64,000 nucleotides of DNA, from contig JBBQTB010000008.1 of NCBI GenBank assembly GCA_038213375.1, positions 75,180-139,179 on the forward strand, written 5' to 3'. The position numbers and the translations under genes were made by a program. The notes under the pieces are model-generated. The model was given only the letters and a program-made list of their open reading frames with translations. It was not told where the DNA came from and searched no databases. The stretch comes from Bacteroidales bacterium (GTDB lineage: Bacteria; Bacteroidota; Bacteroidia; Bacteroidales; JAAUTT01). Shown here in pieces: positions 48,233 through 56,305 of the stretch; position 1 is the stretch's first letter; each line of letters opens with the position of its first letter.

Positions 48233-50701
48233 CTACACCAATTGTATCTTAAGCGAATTAAATTCTTCTTTTAATTCTTCGCAAGCTTGATAGCAAACGT
48301 TTTCAAGCTTTAAAACCAATTCTTGTATTTGTTCAAGATGTTGCCGTGTGCGTGCATATTCCTGAACTTTTTTAGCCATATCTTCATAATCCTTGTGCAG
48401 TCCCACGATCGAAAATGAGGGGATCATTTTATGCACTGCCGAGGACAATAAATCCCAATCTTTATCGTGCAAACTTTTTTTCATTGTTAAAACCAGAGGT
48501 GGGGTTTGATCCAAATAAAGGGTAATTATCTCCATCATTAATGCCGGATTAGATTTTGTGCAATTGTTTAAATAAGTTAAATTAACACGTTTTGATTTGC
48601 CTGCCGGCGCAGCGGACAACATCTCTTTTTCCGCATTATTAGTTGTATCTTTTACTAGCAAAGGTTTTTTTAGCAATTCAATTATTTTACTATATAAAAT
48701 TTTTTCGTCAACAGGTTTTGAGATATAATCATTCATGCCAACAGCTTTGCATTTTGCTAAATCAACTGTGGTAACGTCGGCTGTTAAAGCGATGATGGGG
48801 ATTTTAGATTTCATTGTATTACGAATGTATTCTGTAGCTTCAAAACCATTCATTTCGGGCATCTGTAAGTCCATCAAAATAATATCATACTGATTATTTT
48901 GTAGCTTTTCGATAGCAATTTTTCCATTGTCGGCGATTTCACGTTCAAACCCAAAATCGTCCAACAGTGTTTTCATCAATAATTGATTGAGTGGAATGTC
49001 TTCGGCAACCAAAACTTTGATATTTTTAATATCCGTGATCAAGTTCTCAATTTCTGTTTCTAATACTGCTTCGTCGTTTGTTTTTGGGAAACTTAAAATG
49101 ATACTAAAAGTGGATCCCTCGTCTAATTTGCTTTTTACTCTAATGCTTCCACCTTGCTGTTCTACTAATTGTTTAACTATGGCAAGGCCTAATCCTGTTC
49201 CTCCAAACAATCTCGAGGTATCACTAGTTGCCTGCTGAAAGTTGTCAAAAATCTTTCCTATTTTAGTTTCGTCTATCCCAATTCCGGTATCGGTAACGGC
49301 AAATTCAATAGACACTTTCTCTTCATCTTCGCTTATTAAATGAACGCTTACTGTAATTTTTCCTTTAGAAGTAAACTTTACGGCATTACTCACTAAATTC
49401 AAAATAATTTGATGCAGTCGAACTGGATCTCCAATCAAAACCTCCGGAATTTCACAGTCATATTCTTTAACCAATTCTAAATTTTTTTCCTGGATTTTCG
49501 TCTCAAACAAATGGAGCATCGCAGATATGGATAAGGCCATTTTGAAAGGTGTTTTCTCAAATGTCATTTTCCCTGCATCTACTTTTGCCAAATCGAGGAT
49601 GTCGTTAATGAGCACGATTAAAGTATTGCCACTCATTTTTATAGCGGTTAAATATTCTTTTTGTTTAATCGATAAATCTGTTTTCAACACCACTTTTGTA
49701 AATCCGATAATCGCATTCATAGGTGTGCGAATTTCATGACTCATGTTCGACAAAAATTGCTGTTTTGCTTTCATTGCATTCTCTGCTATGAATGTAGCAC
49801 TTTCGGCTTTACTTTTTGCTTCTTCGGCAATTAAAGTGGCCAACTCGGCAAATACTTTTGCCTCAGTCAATTCTGTTGCAATTCTTTTTTGGGCAGTAAC
49901 ATCTCTGGCCACAATCACTACGCCCAACACATTTCTTTTGCCATCTTTATATACCGATCCGTTGAATAATACATCGGTCAACTTGCCTTCTATATGGCGA
50001 ATGGTAAGTGGTAAATCGGAAACAGATCCTTTTGCGAACACTTCCTGGTATACTTTCTGTGCCATTTCGGGTTCGGTGAAATAATCAAAGAAATCAGCTC
50101 CAATTAATTTCTCGCGTGATACTCCGGTTACTTTTATCGACGCATTATTAATATCAGTGATTTTTCCTTCAGGGCTAATGGCAAATAATGGGTCGTGGCT
50201 TGCTTCAATTAGACTAAGAGAATATTTGGTAAGTGATTTTTGGGCAGTAAGATCATTATTAAGAGCTTTCAGTTTTTCCTTTTGAACTAATAATTCATGG
50301 TTTTTCTTATACAGATCTACAAAAACAGCCACTTTTGCTTTCAATATTTCCGGAGAAAGTGGTTTAATCATATAGTCGACTCCACCTGCCTGATATCCTT
50401 TGAAAATATTTACAGAAGTGTCCATACTTGCAGTTAAAAAAATAATCGGAACATGTTTGAGTTTTTCAATTTGGCGAATTAATTCTACTGTTTCAAATCC
50501 ATCCATTACAGGCATTTGCACATCCATTAATATCATGGCAAAACCTTGTTCGCGGCGAAGAATTTTTAATGCTTCCATGCCTGAACTTGCTTTCACACAT
50601 AAATAATTTTCATTGGAAAGAATTACTTCTAAGGCAAACAAATTTTCTGCCCGATCGTCTACCATTAAAATTTTGACAAGACCATTCACGTCCATTTTCA
50701 A
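48233..50701 (-). CDS. hybrid sensor kinase: REC - PAS - HisKA - HATPase_c - REC - HPt
   Basis: REC 1 (ILMVDD...ILMDVQMPVMDG), PAS (SLIEASHDPLFAISPEGKITDIN), H-box SHEIRTPMN, G-boxes DTGIGI / GGTGLGL, REC 2 (ILMDLQMPEMNG), and HPt (AVHKMIPSFSIVG). Confidence 0.85.
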   Translation of the reverse strand: MKMDVNGLVKILMVDDRAENLFALEVILSNENYLCVKASSGMEALKILRREQGFAMILMDVQMPVMDGFETVELIRQIEKLKHVPIIFLTASMDTSVNIFKGYQAGGVDYMIKPLSPEILKAKVAVFVDLYKKNHELLVQKEKLKALNNDLTAQKSLTKYSLSLIEASHDPLFAISPEGKITDINNASIKVTGVSREKLIGADFFDYFTEPEMAQKVYQEVFAKGSVSDLPLTIRHIEGKLTDVLFNGSVYKDGKRNVLGVVIVARDVTAQKRIATELTEAKVFAELATLIAEEAKSKAESATFIAENAMKAKQQFLSNMSHEIRTPMNAIIGFTKVVLKTDLSIKQKEYLTAIKMSGNTLIVLINDILDLAKVDAGKMTFEKTPFKMALSISAMLHLFETKIQEKNLELVKEYDCEIPEVLIGDPVRLHQIILNLVSNAVKFTSKGKITVSVHLISEDEEKVSIEFAVTDTGIGIDETKIGKIFDNFQQATSDTSRLFGGTGLGLAIVKQLVEQQGGSIRVKSKLDEGSTFSIILSFPKTNDEAVLETEIENLITDIKNIKVLVAEDIPLNQLLMKTLLDDFGFEREIADNGKIAIEKLQNNQYDIILMDLQMPEMNGFEATEYIRNTMKSKIPIIALTADVTTVDLAKCKAVGMNDYISKPVDEKILYSKIIELLKKPLLVKDTTNNAEKEMLSAAPAGKSKRVNLTYLNNCTKSNPALMMEIITLYLDQTPPLVLTMKKSLHDKDWDLLSSAVHKMIPSFSIVGLHKDYEDMAKKVQEYARTRQHLEQIQELVLKLENVCYQACEELKEEFNSLKIQLV

Positions 50702-50720
50702 TATAAATTATAGTTGTTGT

Positions 50721-53651
50721 TTAATTACTTAACCATACACGCATCAATGATAGCAATCGATCAACATCAATAGGCTTAGTAATGTAATCATTGGCCCCCG
50801 CATCGATGCATTTTTGTTTATCATCTTTCATGGCTTTAGCTGTGAGGGCAATTACAGGCAGACTCTTGAACCTGCTCTGAGCGCGAATACGTTTCATTGC
50901 TTCGTAACCATCCATTTCCGGCATCATAATATCCATCAATACCAGATCAATGTCAGGATGCATATCCAGCATCTCTAATGCATTTTTTCCATTATCGGCT
51001 TTTATTATTTCCATTCCACGCTCTTTTAATATGGTGGACAATGCAAAAACATTCGGCACATTATCATCTACCAATAATATTTTTTTCGCCTCAAAAATAA
51101 CTTCATTACCGTAAGGATTACTTATCACTGGTTGTTTTGCTTTAGGTAAATTATTAATGGTTCGGTTAAAAAAAACAGCCGTTTCATCCAGCAATCTTTC
51201 TTCCGATTTTATACCTTTTATAATTATGCACTCCGCATATTTCTGAAGTACCTTATTTTCTTCTTTTGTAAGCTCCTTACCGGTGTAAACAATTATAGGC
51301 GGAATGTTATAACCTTTAATATTATCCAGTTTATTAATAAGTTCGAAACCGTTCATATCTGGCAAACCAATATCTAATATAATACAATCGATATGATTTT
51401 TCTGGCATATTGCCAGGGCATCATTGCCTGTTTCTGCTTCAAAACAATTTACATCACTATTTCCAATGAGGATGCGTATGGCTTTTCTGGAATTTTCATT
51501 GTCTTCTATGATAAGCAGGTTTTTTATTTTTCTGCTAACAAAATTTTCAATTCTGTTAAATACATCTTCCAGATCTTTTTTCTCAATCGGTTTCATCAGA
51601 TACTCTACCGCTCCTTCCCGGATTGTTCCAGACGAACTTTCATTTACCGAAATAATATGCACCGGTATATGCTTGATGGATGGATTTGCTTTTAATTCAA
51701 TCAATACCTGATGCCCTTTTATGCCTGGCAGACCCATATCAAGAATGATCGCTAGCGGTATATGTTTTGAAGCAAGCAATAAACCATCTTCTCCGGTGGC
51801 AGCCGACAAACATTTGAATCCTTTTTTGTTGGCTTGCTTTAAAAGTATTGAAGCAAATTTCAGATCGTCTTCAATAATGAGTACAACTTTATCATTCTTG
51901 ATTATGGTATCTCTGTCATCTTTAATAGAGGGATAATTAAGATATTGGGTATTGTTTACAGAGAGAGGTTTATATAAATCATGTTCTTTAATTGTGCTAA
52001 CAGTTTCCTGTTCCACTTGCAATTCAAGAGGTATAATTAGAGAAAATGTTGATCCTTCATTTAATTTACTTTTTAACTTAATTTGAGCTCCTAATAATTT
52101 TGCGAGTTCGCGTGAAATAGAAAGTCCTAAACCCGTACCGCCATATTTTCGCGAGGTTCCTCCATCAGCTTGTTGAAAAGCTTCAAATATGGCCATTTGT
52201 TTGTCTTCCGGTATTCCAATACCTGTATCGGTAACGGAAATATTCACCATACTATCTGTATATCGGTCGATACGTATACTTACACTTCCCTCTTCTGTAA
52301 ACTTTATGGCGTTAGATAAAAGATTTTTCATTATCTGATTCAAACGCTGTGGATCAGTGTGGATAAATCCGGGCAATTCTTTATCCAATTTGCAAGTTAG
52401 GGTCAATCCTTTTTGTTCAGCATGATGTTTAAAATCGCGAATGAGCTCGTATGTAAAATTGCTTAGTGATATGCTTTCAATATTTATTGACATTTTCCCT
52501 GCTTCAATCTTTGAAAGGTCAAGAACTTCATTAATTAATACAAGCAGGTCATGACCACTTTTATAAATTATTTCTGCGCTTTCTACCTGGATGCTGTCAA
52601 GGTTTTTCTTTCTGTTTTCAGATAAATCTTTTGACAGGATAAGCAAACTATTAAGTGGGGTTCTTAATTCATGCGACATGTTTGCAAGAAATTCCGACTT
52701 ATACTTGCTGCTTATTTCCAGTTGTTTTGTTTTCTGTTCAATGTCGTTTTTTGCAGCTTCAACTTCCTGGTTTTGAAATGCAAGTTCCTTGTTAGCGAGG
52801 CTTAACTCCGCTGCTCGTTTTTCCTTCTCTTCGTTTTGAAATGCAAGTTCCTTGTTAGCAAGGCTTAACTCCGCTGCCCGTTTTTCCTTCTCTTCGTTTT
52901 GAAAAGCAAGTTCTTTGTTAGCAAGGCTTAACTCCGCTGCCCGTTTTTCCTTCTCTGCATTTTGAAAAGCAAGTTCTTTGTTAGCAATACTTAATTCCGC
53001 TGCCCGTTTTTCCTTCTCATCGTTTTGAAAGACCAGTTCTTTATTAGCAATGCTTAACTCCGCTGCCCGTTTTTCCTTCTCATCATTTTGAAAAACCAGC
53101 TCTTTATTGGCAATGATTAACTCCGCTGCCCGTTTTTCCTTCTCATCGTTTTGAAAGACCAGTTCTTTGTTAGCAATGATTAATTCCGCTGCCCGTTTTT
53201 CTTTCTCTTCGTTCTGAAAAACAAGTTCTATATTAGCAATGCTTAATTCAGCGGCCCGTTTTTCCTTCTCTTCGTCTTGAAATGCCAGTTCTTTGTTAGC
53301 AATGATTAATTCGCCTGCCCGTTTTTCCTTCTCTTCGTCTTGAAAGACCAGTTCTTTGTTAGCAATGATTAATTCTCCTGCCCGTTTTTCTTTCTCTTCG
53401 TCTTGAAAAGCAAGTTCTACATTAGCAATGATTAATTCTCCTGCCCGTTTGCCTTTCTCTTTGTCCTGAAAAGCAAGTTCAATGTTAGCAATGCCTAATT
53501 CTGCTGCTCGTTTTCCTTTCTCTTCTTTTTGAAAAGCAAGTTCCTGACGAGCAATGATTAATTCCGCTGCCAGTTTTATATTCTCTTCTTTTTGAAAAGC
53601 AAGTTCTTTGCGGGTAATAAATAACTCATCCAATTTTTTTTTGTCAGGCAT
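50721..53651 (-). CDS. hybrid kinase with no TM or sensor domain: 13.5 x 21-aa tandem repeats - HisKA - HATPase_c - 3 REC
   Basis: Residues 16-288 are ELAFQ[KDN][EDA]EKEKRA[AG]EL[IS][IL]AN[KI] x13. These are followed by H-box SHELRTPLN, DTGIGI / GGTGLGL, and three REC domains (IILDMGLPG, IILDIGLPDMNG, VLMDIMMPEMDG). Confidence 0.85.
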   Translation of the reverse strand: MPDKKKLDELFITRKELAFQKEENIKLAAELIIARQELAFQKEEKGKRAAELGIANIELAFQDKEKGKRAGELIIANVELAFQDEEKEKRAGELIIANKELVFQDEEKEKRAGELIIANKELAFQDEEKEKRAAELSIANIELVFQNEEKEKRAAELIIANKELVFQNDEKEKRAAELIIANKELVFQNDEKEKRAAELSIANKELVFQNDEKEKRAAELSIANKELAFQNAEKEKRAAELSLANKELAFQNEEKEKRAAELSLANKELAFQNEEKEKRAAELSLANKELAFQNQEVEAAKNDIEQKTKQLEISSKYKSEFLANMSHELRTPLNSLLILSKDLSENRKKNLDSIQVESAEIIYKSGHDLLVLINEVLDLSKIEAGKMSINIESISLSNFTYELIRDFKHHAEQKGLTLTCKLDKELPGFIHTDPQRLNQIMKNLLSNAIKFTEEGSVSIRIDRYTDSMVNISVTDTGIGIPEDKQMAIFEAFQQADGGTSRKYGGTGLGLSISRELAKLLGAQIKLKSKLNEGSTFSLIIPLELQVEQETVSTIKEHDLYKPLSVNNTQYLNYPSIKDDRDTIIKNDKVVLIIEDDLKFASILLKQANKKGFKCLSAATGEDGLLLASKHIPLAIILDMGLPGIKGHQVLIELKANPSIKHIPVHIISVNESSSGTIREGAVEYLMKPIEKKDLEDVFNRIENFVSRKIKNLLIIEDNENSRKAIRILIGNSDVNCFEAETGNDALAICQKNHIDCIILDIGLPDMNGFELINKLDNIKGYNIPPIIVYTGKELTKEENKVLQKYAECIIIKGIKSEERLLDETAVFFNRTINNLPKAKQPVISNPYGNEVIFEAKKILLVDDNVPNVFALSTILKERGMEIIKADNGKNALEMLDMHPDIDLVLMDIMMPEMDGYEAMKRIRAQSRFKSLPVIALTAKAMKDDKQKCIDAGANDYITKPIDVDRLLSLMRVWLSN
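52788..53606 (-). repeat. in-frame 63-bp tandem repeat array (13 full units plus a partial 14th)
   Basis: Directly visible in DNA, for example near-identical units at about 52800-52990. The protein units number 13. The kinase-proximal copies are identical in triplets or pairs, and the N-terminal copies are more diverged. Confidence 0.9.
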
Positions 53652-53662
53652 TTCCTATTTTA

Positions 53663-56170
53663 TTAATTACTTAACCATACTCGCATCAAAGATAGCAAAC
53701 GTTCTATATCAATTGGCTTAGTGATATAATCGTTAGCGCCGGCATCGATGCAGTTTTGTTTATCGTCTTTCATGGCTTTTGCTGTGAGTGCAATTACAGG
53801 TAGGTCCTTTAACCTTCTCTGAGATCGTATTTTTCTCATTGCTTCGTAACCGTCCATTTCGGGCATCATAATATCCATCAATACCAGGTCAATATCGGAA
53901 TGCAGATCCAACATATCCAACGCATTTTTTCCATTATCTGCTTTTATTATTTCCATTCCGCGTTCATTTAATATTTTTGATAATGCAAATACGTTTCTCA
54001 TATCATCATCTACCAATAATATTTTTTTCATGTGGAATAAAGCTTCTTTATCGTACAAATTAGATATAATCAATTGTTTTGATTTCGGTAAATTACTTAT
54101 CGTTCTGTGCAGGAAAAGAGCGGTTTCATCCAGTAATCGTTCTTCCGATTTTACACCTTTTATTATAATGCTTTCTGCATAATTCTGAAGTTCATTGTTT
54201 TCTTCTTTCGTAAGCTCCTTGCCAGTGTAAACAATAATAGGAGGTATGTTAATGTCTTTTATATTCTTTAGCTTATGGATAAGTTCAAAACCATTCATGT
54301 CCGGCAAGCCAAGATCCAGTATCATACAATCAATATGATTTTCCCGGTATATTGTCAGTGCATCCTTGCCGTTACCTGCTTCAAAACATTTTACATCACC
54401 ATTGCCGATGAGTATACGCATTGCTTTTCTGGAAGTTTCATTATCTTCGATGATGAGCAGGTTTTTTATTTTTCTGCTTACAAAATTTTCAATTCTGTTA
54501 AATGCATCCTCCAGTTCTTTTTTATTTATAGGTTTCATCAGATACTCCACAGCTCCTTCTTTAATCGATTCCAGCGAACGTTCCTTTGCCGAAATAATAT
54601 GTACCGGAATATGTCTTATGGTTGGATTTGCTTTTAATTCGGTCAATACCTGATGTCCCTTAATACCTGGCAGCCCCATATCAAGAATGATCGCTTGCGG
54701 TTTGTGTTTTGAAGCAAGAAATAAACAATCTTCTCCGGTGGCAGCCGACAAACATTTGAATCCTTTTTTGTTGGCTTGTTTTAAAAGTATTGAAGCAAAT
54801 TTCAGATCGTCTTCAACAATAAGAACAACTTTATCATCCTTGGTAATAGTATTTCTGTCATCTTCAATGGTGGGATAATTAAGATATTTGGCAGCATTTA
54901 CCGAAAGAGGTTTATAAACAGATGATTCTTTAGTATCGGTTCTGGTAGATTCCTGCTCATATTCTATTTCAATTGGAATAATCACTGAAAAAGTGGAACC
55001 TTCATTTATCGTACTGTTCACTTTAATTTCAGCTCCTAATAATTTTGCAAGTTGACGTGATATAGAGAGACCTAAACCCGTGCCCCCATACTTTCGTGAA
55101 GTTCCGCCATCAGCCTGTTGAAAAGCTTCAAATATTGACATTTGTTTTTCCTGAAGTATTCCAAGGCCTGTATCGGTAACGGAAATAACCAATGTGCTTT
55201 CTGTAAAGCGGTCAATAAGTATACTTACACTTCCTTTTTCGGTGAATTTTATGGCATTGGATAAAAGATTTTTCAATATCTGATTTAAACGTTGTAAATC
55301 GGTACGGATAGATTCGGGCAATTCTTTGTTTAATTTGCAAGTCAATATCAACCCTTTTTGTTCGGCGTGATGTTTAAAATTGCGAATGAGCTCATCTGCA
55401 AATTTTCTCAATGATATGCTTTCAATATTTATTGACATTTTACCTGCTTCAATTTTGGAGAGGTCAAGAACTTCGTTAATTAATACAAGCAGATCGTTCC
55501 CACTTTTATAAATAATTTCTGCACTTTCTATCTGTATGCTATCCAGGTTTTTCTTTCTGTTCTCAGCTAAATCTTTTGATAGGATAAGCAAACTATTAAG
55601 CGGTGTTCTTAGCTCATGTGACATGTTTGAAAGAAATTCCGATTTATACCTGCTGCTTATTTCCAGTTGTTTTGTCTTCTTTTCAATGTCGTTTTTTGCG
55701 GTTTCTACTTCTTCATTTTTCATTTTCAATGCCTGAGTTTGTTCTTCCAGTTCCTCATTGGACATTTGTAATTCCTCCTGCTGTTGTTTCAGATTTTGGG
55801 TCTGTTCTTCCAGTTCTTCATTCATATGCTTCAACTCTTCCTGCTGAGTTTGAAGTTCTTCGGCTTGAGAGGCAAGTTCGTTATTGGCAATGCCCAACTC
55901 CGTTGCTCGTTTTTCTTTCTCAGCGTTTTGAAAGGCCAGTTCTTTGTTGGCTATTCTTAGTTCTGCTGCGCGGTTTTCTTTCTCATCATTTTGATAAGCT
56001 AATTCTTTATTCGCAATACCCAACTCCGATGCTCGTCTTTCTTTTTCATCGTTTTGAAAGGCAAGCTCTTTGTTGGCTACTTTTAATTCTGCTGCCCGGT
56101 TTTCTTTCTCATCATTTTGATATGCTAGTTCTTTATTGGCAATACCCAACTCCGATGCTCGTTTTTCTTT
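53663..56170 (-). CDS. kinase module of an interrupted sensor kinase: 21-aa repeats - Q/E-rich heptad segment - HisKA - HATPase_c - 3 REC
   Basis: Same frame as 56171..57481 and contiguous with it. There is no ATG near the 5' end: the track start at 56149 is the TTG inside ...SELGIANK, and the first in-frame ATG is about 105 codons in. H-box SHELRTPLN and three REC domains. Close paralog of 50721..53651. Confidence 0.75.
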   Translation of the reverse strand, partial: KEKRASELGIANKELAYQNDEKENRAAELKVANKELAFQNDEKERRASELGIANKELAYQNDEKENRAAELRIANKELAFQNAEKEKRATELGIANNELASQAEELQTQQEELKHMNEELEEQTQNLKQQQEELQMSNEELEEQTQALKMKNEEVETAKNDIEKKTKQLEISSRYKSEFLSNMSHELRTPLNSLLILSKDLAENRKKNLDSIQIESAEIIYKSGNDLLVLINEVLDLSKIEAGKMSINIESISLRKFADELIRNFKHHAEQKGLILTCKLNKELPESIRTDLQRLNQILKNLLSNAIKFTEKGSVSILIDRFTESTLVISVTDTGLGILQEKQMSIFEAFQQADGGTSRKYGGTGLGLSISRQLAKLLGAEIKVNSTINEGSTFSVIIPIEIEYEQESTRTDTKESSVYKPLSVNAAKYLNYPTIEDDRNTITKDDKVVLIVEDDLKFASILLKQANKKGFKCLSAATGEDCLFLASKHKPQAIILDMGLPGIKGHQVLTELKANPTIRHIPVHIISAKERSLESIKEGAVEYLMKPINKKELEDAFNRIENFVSRKIKNLLIIEDNETSRKAMRILIGNGDVKCFEAGNGKDALTIYRENHIDCMILDLGLPDMNGFELIHKLKNIKDINIPPIIVYTGKELTKEENNELQNYAESIIIKGVKSEERLLDETALFLHRTISNLPKSKQLIISNLYDKEALFHMKKILLVDDDMRNVFALSKILNERGMEIIKADNGKNALDMLDLHSDIDLVLMDIMMPEMDGYEAMRKIRSQRRLKDLPVIALTAKAMKDDKQNCIDAGANDYITKPIDIERLLSLMRVWLSN
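55703..55879 (-). other. Q/E-rich heptad (coiled-coil) segment ELASQAEELQTQQEELKHMNEELEEQTQNLKQQQEELQMSNEELEEQTQALKMKNEEVE
   Basis: Read from the translation. Present only in this paralog and absent from 50721..53651. Confidence 0.8.
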
Positions 56171-56305
56171 CTAATCGTTTTGAAAGGCTAGCTCTTTGAT
56201 CGCTATTCTCAACTCTGCCGCCCGTTTTTCCTTCTCGTCGTTTTGGTATGCTAGTTCATTGTTCGCAATGGCTAACTCTGCAGCTCGTTTTTCTTTCTCT
56301 TCACT
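55880..56305 (-). repeat. 63-bp / 21-aa repeat array spanning the in-frame TAG (about 6.8 units, alternating ELAYQ..R/K-I/V-ANK and ELAFQ..GIANK)
   Basis: SEEKEKRAAELAIANN ELAYQNDEKEKRAAELRIAIK ELAFQND*KEKRASELGIANK ELAYQNDEKENRAAELKVANK ELAFQNDEKERRASELGIANK ELAYQNDEKENRAAELRIANK ELAFQNAEKEKRATELGIANN. Confidence 0.9.

Noticed and set aside
52788-53606. Regularly spaced 63-bp repeats that could superficially be taken for a CRISPR array.
   Set aside because: The units are contiguous with no unique spacers. They are in frame within a long ORF and translate to a conserved 21-aa motif continuous with a kinase domain, so this is a coding tandem repeat.
55603-56199. 198-aa plus-strand ORF, and similar plus-strand ORFs at 51393..51711, 54275..54653, 52591..52776 and 55536..55736.
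   Set aside because: They are antisense shadows of the kinase genes and repeats. The sequences are low-complexity, have no motifs, and are duplicated only because the sense genes are duplicated.
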